A stretch of 57,627 bases of DNA. Source: a virus. A program made the position numbers and the translations under genes. The first letter of the stretch is position 1; the number at the start of each line of letters is the position of its first letter. Shown here piece after piece: positions 9,251-18,031 of this stretch. The notes beneath the pieces are model-generated. The model did no database searches, was not told where the DNA came from, and was given only the letters and a program-made list of their open reading frames with translations. Location of the stretch: IMG/VR virus record IMGVR_UViG_3300045988_128491; one strand, 5' to 3'.

Positions 9251-9401
9251 GCTCCTGTCTTAGCCATTGAGTTATTCCCTTAGAACATATATTTTCACTA
9301 CAAAATCGAACATTTCTATACACGCACACAGCGCAAAAATCTAGTATTTCTGCTAATTCCTCATCTGACAGGTTTTCGAGCCATTCTCTATTAGTCATCA
9401 T
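9234..9401 (-). CDS. small Cys-containing protein (55 aa) with an MMTNREWLENLSDEELAEIL N-terminus
   Basis: RBS GGGAGTGTGAGGA then ATG. CAVC and CSENIC motifs. Confidence 0.35.
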   Translation of the reverse strand: MMTNREWLENLSDEELAEILDFCAVCVYRNVRFCSENICSKGITQWLRQEHEDND

Positions 9402-9469
9402 TCCTCACACTCCCGCAGCCTTCTCATTATGAGAAGAGGTATTAAATACGATATTCAAAAGCTTGATTC

Positions 9470-9823
9470 TCAACTTCTTAACAATATAGCTTGAGCAGCA
9501 TTGGACAGCATAGAATTGGAAAGAATATCACTTTTTTGTCTTATAAAAGAATTTGCAAGTTTTACTATATCTTCACAGGGAGTGATATACTTACTGCTAT
9601 TCCATAAAATTTTTCCATCATCGGTTATATCATATACTACGAACCTGTACTCATTCACACCTACTTTCAAAGCTAAATCAACTATAACTTTTCGCTCCAT
9701 CCTATTCTGCGTACCGACCAGAACACTTGATAAACACTTGCGTACAGAGGTTTCGTAATCCAAAACTGTGACAATGCCAATGTAGTTTTTATCCATAATC
9801 GGGTTATAAACAACTTTTTCCAT
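9470..9823 (-). CDS. hypothetical protein
   Basis: 117-aa ORF. RBS GAGGAGGTATAGTA then ATG. Confidence 0.55.
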   Translation of the reverse strand: MEKVVYNPIMDKNYIGIVTVLDYETSVRKCLSSVLVGTQNRMERKVIVDLALKVGVNEYRFVVYDITDDGKILWNSSKYITPCEDIVKLANSFIRQKSDILSNSMLSNAAQAILLRS

Positions 9824-9876
9824 TACTATACCTCCTCAATACTGCCTTGAAGTATCCTCTGATTGTAGCCATCCTA

Positions 9877-10074
9877 TTATGCCCCGTGTGCAATCGCATA
9901 TATCACTATCGTCGGTGCACCATTCACAGGCATCTGGAAATTGTATAACCTCACGGTTAATTCTTCTCCGTTAATGACATTGTTTATAGAATTTCTCATT
10001 ACGCATATCCACAATGTAGTAGACAAGGCGTTTACTATAGCCATTCCTATATATCTCGCAGCAGCCATTTCCAT
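9877..10074 (-). CDS. doubtful small ORF
   Basis: No convincing RBS. Confidence 0.2.
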   Translation of the reverse strand: MEMAAARYIGMAIVNALSTTLWICVMRNSINNVINGEELTVRLYNFQMPVNGAPTIVIYAIAHGA

Positions 10075-10349
10075 GCCTGCGCAAGAGACAATAAAAAAAA
10101 CAGCAATATGTCTGACACCACGATAAATTTAAAATGCCTATCATATAATGTGAGAAATTTCTCTTTCGTGACGGATGTATTTACAACAGCCATTATTCCT
10201 ACCTTTAGCATCTCAGAAATTGCCAATATATTAGAATCTATAAGCTGCATGAAATGTATTTGTATTACGGGTACGGTCATTGCCATTGCCATTGCAAAAG
10301 AGAATACTACTGGGCCGACCAACAACCATCTTCTTTGCTTACTGTTCAT
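10047..10349 (-). CDS. membrane protein (3 predicted transmembrane segments), last gene of the paralog operon
   Basis: Hydrophobic segments. Start overlaps the upstream stop. Confidence 0.5.
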   Translation of the reverse strand: MNSKQRRWLLVGPVVFSFAMAMAMTVPVIQIHFMQLIDSNILAISEMLKVGIMAVVNTSVTKEKFLTLYDRHFKFIVVSDILLFFLLSLAQAWKWLLRDI

Positions 10350-10749
10350 TTATTGCCTCTAACATTTTCTCAGTCAGAGCAATAGCTTCTTCCTTAGTCT
10401 TGCAGACAATCCCCATCTTATAACATTCTATATCAAAACAGCTGTTGCCCCAGTAATAATAGTAATGCCTGTCCTCAGGTAGGACAGAAATACGTGGCAC
10501 GTAATATTTCTCACCTTCCCGTGGTTTCCACGGCAGTTTGACAATTCTAATATCACCCATCAAGATACCTCTCAATACTATTGCTGTGGCCGTTTCCCAT
10601 TTAACGCCACCATCTGATGTTTCAAGGCAATTGTTCTCAGTGAATCGATAATAGTTCTGATAATCACCCTGAGTATCAGAACTAATCTTGAAAGGCTCTC
10701 CGAGTTCCACTCCGAGTATTTTTGACACTTCCGCTATGTGATTAACCAT
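10339..10749 (-). CDS. paralog D of a tandem family (KLPWKP motif protein, 136 aa)
   Basis: Shares LGVELGE.F...RFTEN...KLPWKP...Y...G(I/L)V..TKEEAIALTEKML with paralogs A to C. Confidence 0.65.
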   Translation of the reverse strand: MVNHIAEVSKILGVELGEPFKISSDTQGDYQNYYRFTENNCLETSDGGVKWETATAIVLRGILMGDIRIVKLPWKPREGEKYYVPRISVLPEDRHYYYYWGNSCFDIECYKMGIVCKTKEEAIALTEKMLEAINEQ

Positions 10750-11189
10750 TATTCTCCTCCTGTTTTGCTACCGTCTGCAAACCTCTTCTTCGCTACATCC
10801 AGCATTTCCTCCGCTAACTCAATAGCCTCTCTGCTAGTCCTGTAAACCAACCCCTGCTGATAAGAACTTTTATCACCCTTGGAACCAGTCCAAAAAAGCT
10901 TTAAATATTTGCCACTATTTACAACGGATGGCATGTAATAAGTATCACCGTGAGATGGTTCCCAAGGGAGTTTAATAATCTGAAGTGCTCCAGTTATAAG
11001 ACCTTTCCATATCCAAGCTGCCGCACTATGCCAAGAAGTTCTATTAACTGATTCTTTTAGCCCATTTTCAGTAAATTTAAGGTATGTCTCTGAGCAATAG
11101 GTATAACAACCTGAACTCCCCTTAAAGGAGAAAACCTCGTCAAGCTCTACTCCGAGCAAAACTGCTACACTTGACATTTTATTAGCCAT
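10749..11189 (-). CDS. paralog C of the tandem family (146 aa)
   Basis: Same family motifs (LGVELDEVF, KLPWEP, GLVYRTSREAIELAEEML). Confidence 0.65.
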   Translation of the reverse strand: MANKMSSVAVLLGVELDEVFSFKGSSGCYTYCSETYLKFTENGLKESVNRTSWHSAAAWIWKGLITGALQIIKLPWEPSHGDTYYMPSVVNSGKYLKLFWTGSKGDKSSYQQGLVYRTSREAIELAEEMLDVAKKRFADGSKTGGE

Positions 11190-11601
11190 TCTTTTTCACC
11201 TCCTGTACCAGTGTTTTTTCTGCTAGTTCCAGCATCTTCTTTGCTAGTGCTGCAGCTTCATCTGGGGTACTGAAAACTAGCCCGTGTTCGAGTCTATACA
11301 AATCAAGCTCACTATCTCGCCAAACCCAAATGCCAAACATTGCTGTAGGGTCAACGTGTGGCACATAGTATTGCTCCCCATCATCAGGCTTCCACGGAAA
11401 TTTGACAACTGTTACCTTACCATTCAAGAGTTCTCTAAGAATTGAATGCTCAGCAAATGTCCATGATGATGAGCTGTCAAGCAGTCTTTGTAGCCCATCT
11501 TCTGTGAACCTAAAAAGTCCTTGACATTTCTCTATTCGGAACTCTTCTCTCAGCTCCAGGCCTAACAGCTTTGCTACACCTTTCATATAGTTACTCATCA
11601 T
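11182..11601 (-). CDS. paralog B of the tandem family (139 aa)
   Basis: Same motifs (LGLELREEF, KFPWKP, GLVFSTPDEAAALAKKMLELAE...KKNG). Confidence 0.65.
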   Translation of the reverse strand: MMSNYMKGVAKLLGLELREEFRIEKCQGLFRFTEDGLQRLLDSSSSWTFAEHSILRELLNGKVTVVKFPWKPDDGEQYYVPHVDPTAMFGIWVWRDSELDLYRLEHGLVFSTPDEAAALAKKMLELAEKTLVQEVKKNG

Positions 11602-12007
11602 TTGCCTCCTGTGCCACAGCCAGCAACTTCTTCGTCAGTGCAATGGCCTCCTCCTTAGTTCTAAAGACAAGGCCATGATTGAATCTATATATATCAACTC
11701 CATAACCCGTCCATGAACAGCGTCCCCACATAATCGGAGATGAGGGGTCCGAATAACAATACCGATCGCCAATGGCGGGTTTCCATGGTAACTTACGAAT
11801 TGATAAATTGCCGTACAAAAGACCAAGCAATCTGTTATCGTTTGCAACTATCCAAGTATCCTTATCACCAATAGGCGCGGATACTTGTAGGTCGTTGTCT
11901 GAAAATCTAAATACGCAATCTTTTAACGAGGGGTCCCCGTCAACCTGAAAAACTTCTCCTACTTCCACTCCGAGCAGCTTAGCTACTTCCACCATTTTGT
12001 TATCCAT
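11591..12007 (-). CDS. paralog A of the tandem family (138 aa)
   Basis: Same motifs (LGVEVGEVF, KLPWKP, GLVFRTKEEAIALTKKLL). Confidence 0.65.
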   Translation of the reverse strand: MDNKMVEVAKLLGVEVGEVFQVDGDPSLKDCVFRFSDNDLQVSAPIGDKDTWIVANDNRLLGLLYGNLSIRKLPWKPAIGDRYCYSDPSSPIMWGRCSWTGYGVDIYRFNHGLVFRTKEEAIALTKKLLAVAQEANDE

Positions 12008-12392
12008 TCTTTTTCATCTCCTGCGTCAGTATCTCTGCTAGTTTCAGCATCTTCTTTAAATAAACAGCATATTCCTGACCGAATACTGTTTGCATAAATA
12101 CCCTATAAGTGTCAGTAATTGCAGCATTATACGCTGCATTGTGATCGGTGCCTCGTGCCAAGAAGTCTGTCAGTGTATAGGTGATATTTTTATTCACCTC
12201 ATATACAAAGTCACCCAGGGACCGTCTATAGTTAATTCGGCCCTTCAAGCTAACTTTCCCTTCCTTTCTGATTATTTCCACCCTTTTGGTATTTTCTACA
12301 TCTAACTCGGTATTTTCTTTATCGGTGATAGTGAATAATCTAAAGAGTGTTTCAAAGGCTTCATTGTCTAGTCGATTTACATAATAACTCAT
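12000..12392 (-). CDS. family-associated protein E (130 aa), divergent, sharing only the C-terminal tail KKMLKLAEILTQEMKKNG with paralog B
   Basis: C-terminal 18 aa nearly identical to the paralog B C-terminus. Translationally coupled to MazG and paralog A. Confidence 0.55.
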   Translation of the reverse strand: MSYYVNRLDNEAFETLFRLFTITDKENTELDVENTKRVEIIRKEGKVSLKGRINYRRSLGDFVYEVNKNITYTLTDFLARGTDHNAAYNAAITDTYRVFMQTVFGQEYAVYLKKMLKLAEILTQEMKKNG

Positions 12393-12721
12393 TACTTTGC
12401 ACCTCTTTCCTTTTTTAACTTTTTCATATCTTCTATTCTGCAGGCCCAGCGTCTGTACTTAGGATAGTCGTCAATGTTTATTATGCGTTCCCACGCACTG
12501 TCAGTGAACCCTAGACGCAGTACGCAAAGCAAGTCCTGGGCTTCCTCACTGAAAGCTCTTAAAGCCTGTCCAGCAGTGACCGGGGTAGGATTCCCTGACA
12601 TTCCAAGGGCCCTTATGAGCTTCAGTGCCGCTTGACTCAACTCAGAGGCTTCTTCTGCCACTTGCTCCAGCATATCTCGTGATACTAATTCCTCGCGTAC
12701 ATACTTTGCATATTCGTTCAT
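12392..12721 (-). CDS. MazG-like nucleotide pyrophosphohydrolase domain protein
   Basis: 109 aa with LEQVAEEASELSQA (EExxE metal-binding motif) and a second acidic cluster. Confidence 0.55.
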   Translation of the reverse strand: MNEYAKYVREELVSRDMLEQVAEEASELSQAALKLIRALGMSGNPTPVTAGQALRAFSEEAQDLLCVLRLGFTDSAWERIINIDDYPKYRRWACRIEDMKKLKKERGAK

Positions 12722-12723
12722 TT

Positions 12724-12921
12724 CTATTCCTCCTCATTCACTAAATCCGACAGCATTTGTGTCAACTTATTACTTCTATGAGCTGCTACCTTTACTTTTT
12801 CCATCAGCTCATCACACTCTGGTGAATGGCAATTCTGTAGTATTTCGATGATTAAGCTGTAAGGCATCCTAATGACAATACTTTCGGTATTGCAGTCTGT
12901 AAATGCTGTTATTCGCTGCAT
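12724..12921 (-). CDS. hypothetical small protein
   Basis: 65-aa ORF in operon context. Confidence 0.4.
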   Translation of the reverse strand: MQRITAFTDCNTESIVIRMPYSLIIEILQNCHSPECDELMEKVKVAAHRSNKLTQMLSDLVNEEE

Positions 12922-12925
12922 AGTA

Positions 12926-13327
12926 TCACCCCTGCTCGAACAGCTCTAACTGCTTATTATCCTGAATCATGTAGTCCACCCCTATATAATCCAGCAGGTC
13001 TTTCAGCCCTAGCTGATTAATACAGTAGTCGTATATTTTAGGGTGTGTTTTGGCCATAAGCTGATAACGATTGAGGCCTTTGTCGTGATGTACACCGATT
13101 GGACAAAACATACAGCCTGTTCTATCCATCTTGGTTGTAATCAGTACACCTTTCTTATCTCTGACAATATCTCCATATACGCTAGGTATTTTCAGGTCAT
13201 TATCAAGAATATATTGCAATACATCCTGCTGAGTCCAAAATGACAAAGGCATACTTTTGCCTTTAGAAAAAACATTGCAACCATTTTGTAACCAAGCCCG
13301 TTGCCTTAGTTGGGATTCTACGGCCAT
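12926..13327 (-). CDS. C-terminal fragment of a PAPS-reductase-family protein (frame B)
   Basis: Frame stays open upstream to the TGA inside the A9 run of the preceding ORF. GCMFCPIGVHH motif. Confidence 0.5.
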   Translation of the reverse strand: MAVESQLRQRAWLQNGCNVFSKGKSMPLSFWTQQDVLQYILDNDLKIPSVYGDIVRDKKGVLITTKMDRTGCMFCPIGVHHDKGLNRYQLMAKTHPKIYDYCINQLGLKDLLDYIGVDYMIQDNKQLELFEQG

Positions 13328-13349
13328 AGTACCAATTAAAAAACCACAT

Positions 13350-13889
13350 TTATGTTGTTTTTTGTATGCTATAAAAGGCTTTTTTTTTCATAAATTCACA
13401 GCATTTTGGGCTTATTTTGACTGGTGCTTCAAGTAAAAATTTCCACTTCAAGTAATGCGAACTTCTATACTCACTAAGTGTACCATTGTAATTTTTCCCA
13501 TTGATACAGGCAATCGCCCACTCCTTACCTTCTCTTGCTTTCTCAATTTTATTAGCTACTTCTTTACTAGGATATACCCAGCCATATTCCCGAATTACCT
13601 CCCTGAAATTTATTGTTGGCCGTATAATTTCTACATTTCCAATCTGCTTTACATGCTCCTTGACTTCTGGATATTCTAACCCTGTATCACAGTAAACACC
13701 TTTTACATCAGGAAATATGCTTCTTGTTAAATGCAAGAGTACCGTGCTGTCTTTGCCACCTGAGAAGCTAACAACTACATTGCCGTCATAGTGCTCATAA
13801 AATTCAGCAATACGTACCTTGCTCATAGTTATCTTGTCCGCTAATGGCATTTGCAAAAGCTGTTTTAGTTCTTTGTTTGTATGCATCAT
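13350..13889 (-). CDS. PP-loop ATPase of the PAPS reductase / 3'-phosphoadenosine 5'-phosphosulfate sulfotransferase family, N-terminal part
   Basis: VVSFSGGKDSTVLLHL PP-loop. Ends just after a T9 homopolymer (13380-13388), where a 1-nt frameshift would fuse it to 12926-13327. Confidence 0.65.
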   Translation of the reverse strand: MMHTNKELKQLLQMPLADKITMSKVRIAEFYEHYDGNVVVSFSGGKDSTVLLHLTRSIFPDVKGVYCDTGLEYPEVKEHVKQIGNVEIIRPTINFREVIREYGWVYPSKEVANKIEKAREGKEWAIACINGKNYNGTLSEYRSSHYLKWKFLLEAPVKISPKCCEFMKKKAFYSIQKTT

Positions 13890-13943
13890 TATCCTTCCTT
13901 ATATTTTATGCCTATTCGTTGCGAACATACTTTGCATATTCTT

Positions 13944-14177
13944 TCATTTTTTCCACCAGTCTCCTCTACTCTTAAACCATATATTAGTTACCTTAATTCT
14001 TGATGCTGTCCAGGTACCGGCCTCCGCCTGGCGGTCCTTTTCAGCAATCACACTGTCGAGGCTTGCACGCCATGCAAGGTATTTTTCACATCTTGCATGG
14101 CAGCCTACTTTCCTACTTTTGCAGTCCTTGCATGGACTTATTTTCCCGCTGAACCGTAAAGGTGAATCCTGTTTCAT
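13944..14177 (-). CDS. small Cys4 zinc-finger protein
   Basis: SPCKDCKSRKVGCHARCEK. 77 aa. Overlaps the upstream gene by 65 nt. Confidence 0.4.
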   Translation of the reverse strand: MKQDSPLRFSGKISPCKDCKSRKVGCHARCEKYLAWRASLDSVIAEKDRQAEAGTWTASRIKVTNIWFKSRGDWWKK

Positions 14178-14493
14178 TCTTCAAATCCTCCTTCAGCGTT
14201 TCATATGTAATGCCGTCTGCCTTATTTGGTCCGTACTCTAGCGCATCTACCTTGGCATTGAACCTCTGCAATGTCCTTTCAAGCCCCTGCTTACCGAATC
14301 CAAATTCATCATGCAGGACGGAAAACACAATAGCCAAAGTATTATCCTGAGCCTTAATCTTGGCTTCCCTGCCACCATTAATGAACATTTGCTGGCCGAA
14401 CTTTACGGCATTATCGCCCTGCCTAAGCCATCTCTTTTGATCCCTGGACAATTTAACTTCTTTAGAAGTTAAATTGTCCAGTACCTCAGTCAA
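14113..14493 (-). CDS. hypothetical protein
   Basis: 126-aa ORF. Confidence 0.5.
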   Translation of the reverse strand: MTEVLDNLTSKEVKLSRDQKRWLRQGDNAVKFGQQMFINGGREAKIKAQDNTLAIVFSVLHDEFGFGKQGLERTLQRFNAKVDALEYGPNKADGITYETLKEDLKNETGFTFTVQRENKSMQGLQK

Positions 14494-14797
14494 GGAAACT
14501 CATATCATCGTCCTCCTCTACAGGCTTATCAACCTTTTTAGTGGGCTTCTTGTCAGCTTTTTTAGCTGGTGCTTTTTCTTTTTTCTCTCCCTTAGCCTCT
14601 TTGTCCTTAGCTGCTAAATGGTCGATGCATTTAGCCATGGCACCCCAGGCAACAGTACAGAGATTAATATACGCATCAAGTTTCTGATATTCTTCCTCTG
14701 TCAGCACTTCTTTTCCTACCTGCTCAAAAGCCTCAGCTGCTTCTGTCAGTGTCTTATTCTCCTGCTTAAACATACTGGATAATCTAATTGCATCCAT
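14486..14797 (-). CDS. hypothetical protein with a Lys/Glu-rich tail
   Basis: 103-aa ORF. Confidence 0.45.
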   Translation of the reverse strand: MDAIRLSSMFKQENKTLTEAAEAFEQVGKEVLTEEEYQKLDAYINLCTVAWGAMAKCIDHLAAKDKEAKGEKKEKAPAKKADKKPTKKVDKPVEEDDDMSFLD

Positions 14798-14814
14798 TTG
14801 CTATACCCTCTTCC

Positions 14815-15168
14815 TCAATTCAAAAAATCTAAATCATCAGTTTCGTTCTCGTCTGCTGGATTCTTGTCGTTTGTAGCTATTTTCCACTCATCAGCCAGCT
14901 TAGCTAATTTCTCATAAACTCTGTCCATATGATCTACTACATCTCTAAGCTCTTCAGGCTGGTAATTCTTTACCTTCTGCCTCAACCTCTTAGTCATATA
15001 GGCCAGCAGTGCCATTTGAAGTGTAGGATAGTAGAATTTGTTCACCCACACATCTTCTACACCACCATCGGGCAGGTTCTTAACCGCTCTTTTCTGTAAA
15101 GTGAACTGCACTTCGTCCGCAGACACTCTCCAATCTTCCGATAACTGTACCATTATTCCACCTCGCAA
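14815..15168 (-). CDS. hypothetical protein
   Basis: 117-aa ORF. Confidence 0.45.
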   Translation of the reverse strand: MRGGIMVQLSEDWRVSADEVQFTLQKRAVKNLPDGGVEDVWVNKFYYPTLQMALLAYMTKRLRQKVKNYQPEELRDVVDHMDRVYEKLAKLADEWKIATNDKNPADENETDDLDFLN

Positions 15169-15815
15169 TACTTTTCAGCTTTTTGCACCAGCCACTCAGC
15201 CTTTCCAAGATTTATCCCGCAGCCGTAAATCTGCACACTGCCCATCTTTATCAGCACAGTGCCACCTTTAAAGAAATACATATCAACGGTACTTGGATTA
15301 ACATCTACAATGACTTTGCATACCCTTGAAAGATAATCAGCATTGAAAGCACAGCAGATAGGCTCTCCCACAAATTCTGACACTGAATATTCAAAGAATA
15401 TAAGCTCCCCCTCACCGGAGAAAATCAACAGCTTATTGCCTTTGATTTTCATATAAACCTTATGGAGTTCTTCTTTAGTAGTCAGCTTTTTGCAGGTGTC
15501 AAATATTACTGCCAGCTTCTTAAAGCTCTCTTTCAGACCTGTATCACTGTCAAAAGTGATGTTGGTCTTGAAACCTTTTATCTGGAAAAACTTGTTTACA
15601 TCAGGGTACTTCTCAGGCTCTGCTAAAAGTTCTGTACCTCTAGGATTAATCAGCTGAGGCTCCTGCTTCCCTCCGACCTCACATTTAATCATGAAATGCG
15701 TATCGCAGCTAATAACCCCGCCATCCTTAACAAGTATGTAGGTGAATAACGGTCTTGCCTTATCTTTGGATGCAAACTTCTCTGCATACTCAATTGCTTT
15801 TGCTAAATTAATCAT
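15153..15815 (-). CDS. hypothetical protein downstream of the DNA polymerase
   Basis: 220-aa ORF. Confidence 0.5.
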   Translation of the reverse strand: MINLAKAIEYAEKFASKDKARPLFTYILVKDGGVISCDTHFMIKCEVGGKQEPQLINPRGTELLAEPEKYPDVNKFFQIKGFKTNITFDSDTGLKESFKKLAVIFDTCKKLTTKEELHKVYMKIKGNKLLIFSGEGELIFFEYSVSEFVGEPICCAFNADYLSRVCKVIVDVNPSTVDMYFFKGGTVLIKMGSVQIYGCGINLGKAEWLVQKAEKYCEVE

Positions 15816-15822
15816 TTCTCAA

Positions 15823-17778
15823 TCAGTCCTTTTTATAATATGGTGTTTCATATCCATCTGCTGTTAGTAGCAGCCCTTTAGCCCACGGGATAGGCTGTCC
15901 CATGGTGTCACATACCTCTTTTAAGCTACCGACACCGTCGGGAGCTTCTATAACCATTTCGTCATGTATGTGCATAACTATCTGATACCCTGCCTTGGCA
16001 GTAGCCAGCATAGAATGAGCAAGACAGTCCCGAGCAGTGGCCTGGACAATATTCTCCACCAGCTTTCCACCCCATGTGAAGTTTTCCACCCACATGCCAT
16101 TAACTGCTTCATGGTACACAATGGATTCTTTCTGCCTGCTCTCCATGTACTCAACTTTGATTGCAGGTTTCGGATAAGCTATCCTCCTGCCACTAGGCAG
16201 CTTGATAAACAAAAATCCTCTTTTGCAAGTAAACTCAATACCTTTTGTGTACTTCACTGTGGTATTTTTTATCCTGATAGCTTTTTTAGCACAGGTTTCT
16301 ACATCACTCCACATCTTTACGATGTTAGGGCTTGCTTTCCGCCAATGTTTTATAGTCTGCTCCATCTCCTCTTGTGTCATGCCCATCTTGTCAGCCCCAA
16401 AGGCTTTCAAGGCGTTCACACCTCCGCCATAACCACAGGCCAGCTCGGCAACCTTGCCTTTCTGCCTTAAGTGTCCGTTGATACCATGCTTCTCAACTGG
16501 TACATGGAACATCTGACTAGCTGAGGCACAATATATGTCACCACCCTTAGCAAATGTGTCCATTCTCCACTGCTCCCCTGCTATCCAAGCTATCACACGA
16601 GCTTCTATAGCTGAGAAGTCTGCTACTATGAACCTTTTACCCTTACCGGCTATAAAAGCCGTTCTAATGAGCTGAGAAAGAACGCTGGACGGATTGTCAA
16701 ATAACATCTGTACAGTTTCATAGTCTCCAGCCCTGACAAGGCTTCTCACCTCGTCAAGGTTATCTATGTGATTCTGTGGCAGATTCTGTAACTGTACCAC
16801 TCTTCCAGCCCATCTGCCTGTCCTGCTAGCTCCGTAAAACTGAAGCATGCCGTGACACCTGTCACCATAACAGCTTGATTTCTTCATAGCTTCGTATTTC
16901 TTGATACTGGTCTTGCCTAACAGTTCTTTGAGTTCAATTACTCTTCGGATTGCTGGTTCCAGGTCAGCATCTTGGAGCATTTCAGCTCTTGCAGCTTTAT
17001 CAAACTTATCAACATCATGCCCTTGCTCTTTCAGCCACCTCAATATCTGGTCACGGCTGTTAGGATTGTCCAGCTTGGTAATTTTTACCAGCTCTGCCAT
17101 CCACTCTTTTCGTAACTCCGAGTCAAGGTACAAACAGGAGTCAACAAAAGTCATGTCAATTTGTACACCATAGTCGTTGATACGCTGGTCAAGTGCCCAC
17201 AGCTCCTGCTCCTGTGGCAGTGGTGGGAATGCCATCAGCTTATGCCTTATAGCTCTTTCAGCTTCAACATCTCGCACACAATACTCCTTAAACAGCTCCC
17301 ATTTATCAAGAGCATGTTCAGGTAAATTCCTTGTCCTGCCTCCGTTGGCTTTTGTAGCTCTGCAAGGCTTACAGAAATACTGAATTAATCTTTTACCTGT
17401 AGCTAATTTCTGCTTATCTTCTGCCATATGCAGAACCTTACCTACTTTGTCAAGACTGCCAGGAAGTCCCAGCGTGTACCCCAGCACCATAGTACATTGC
17501 CATTGCCTAGGAAGCATCATAAAGTCATAATGTTTTCTAAGTACTGCCCTCTCAAACGCTGCATTGAAAGCAGTCTTTAGAACATCATCACCAGTTAATG
17601 CCACTAATACATCCTCAGGTACTTTCTCTCCTCTAGCGAGATCCACAATCTGTACTGGTTCATCGTCCCAAGCATAGGCAAATAACAGTATTTCACTGTT
17701 TTCTGCATACTTATAAAGGCCACAGGACTTAATGTCGAAATCCGAGTATGTTTCAAGGTCAATTGCTAAGGTTCTCAT
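15823..17778 (-). CDS. DNA polymerase, family A, with N-terminal 3'-5' exonuclease domain
   Basis: MRTLAIDLETYS (ExoI D-x-E), polymerase motifs (palm region with HDE). 651 aa. DUF2800 and DUF2815 neighbours. Confidence 0.85.
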   Translation of the reverse strand: MRTLAIDLETYSDFDIKSCGLYKYAENSEILLFAYAWDDEPVQIVDLARGEKVPEDVLVALTGDDVLKTAFNAAFERAVLRKHYDFMMLPRQWQCTMVLGYTLGLPGSLDKVGKVLHMAEDKQKLATGKRLIQYFCKPCRATKANGGRTRNLPEHALDKWELFKEYCVRDVEAERAIRHKLMAFPPLPQEQELWALDQRINDYGVQIDMTFVDSCLYLDSELRKEWMAELVKITKLDNPNSRDQILRWLKEQGHDVDKFDKAARAEMLQDADLEPAIRRVIELKELLGKTSIKKYEAMKKSSCYGDRCHGMLQFYGASRTGRWAGRVVQLQNLPQNHIDNLDEVRSLVRAGDYETVQMLFDNPSSVLSQLIRTAFIAGKGKRFIVADFSAIEARVIAWIAGEQWRMDTFAKGGDIYCASASQMFHVPVEKHGINGHLRQKGKVAELACGYGGGVNALKAFGADKMGMTQEEMEQTIKHWRKASPNIVKMWSDVETCAKKAIRIKNTTVKYTKGIEFTCKRGFLFIKLPSGRRIAYPKPAIKVEYMESRQKESIVYHEAVNGMWVENFTWGGKLVENIVQATARDCLAHSMLATAKAGYQIVMHIHDEMVIEAPDGVGSLKEVCDTMGQPIPWAKGLLLTADGYETPYYKKD

Positions 17779-18011
17779 AATTTGCCCTCTTTAAACAGCT
17801 TTTTCCTCTTAACATAGCCCTTAACATCTATTTTCTGAATTACCAGCTTGCGCGCTTTATCAGATGTACTGACCATTTTTTTCACTACAGCAACTTTAGG
17901 GCCGTAAGGTGTGGGGACCAACACATAGTCCCCAACCTCTGTATCCAAGTCCGAGTAGTAGTCATAAAGTTTAGTAGGAGCATCATACAATCCAACTTTT
18001 GCTATCTGCAT
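17775..18011 (-). CDS. hypothetical small protein
   Basis: 78-aa ORF. ATGA overlap with the polymerase gene. Confidence 0.45.
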   Translation of the reverse strand: MQIAKVGLYDAPTKLYDYYSDLDTEVGDYVLVPTPYGPKVAVVKKMVSTSDKARKLVIQKIDVKGYVKRKKLFKEGKL

Positions 18012-18031
18012 AACTTACACCCCTCGAAACA

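Noticed and set aside
11635-11847. ORF 11635-11847 (-) inside the paralog array
   Set aside because: It is an alternative frame within paralog A with no RBS. The paralog frame carries the family motifs.
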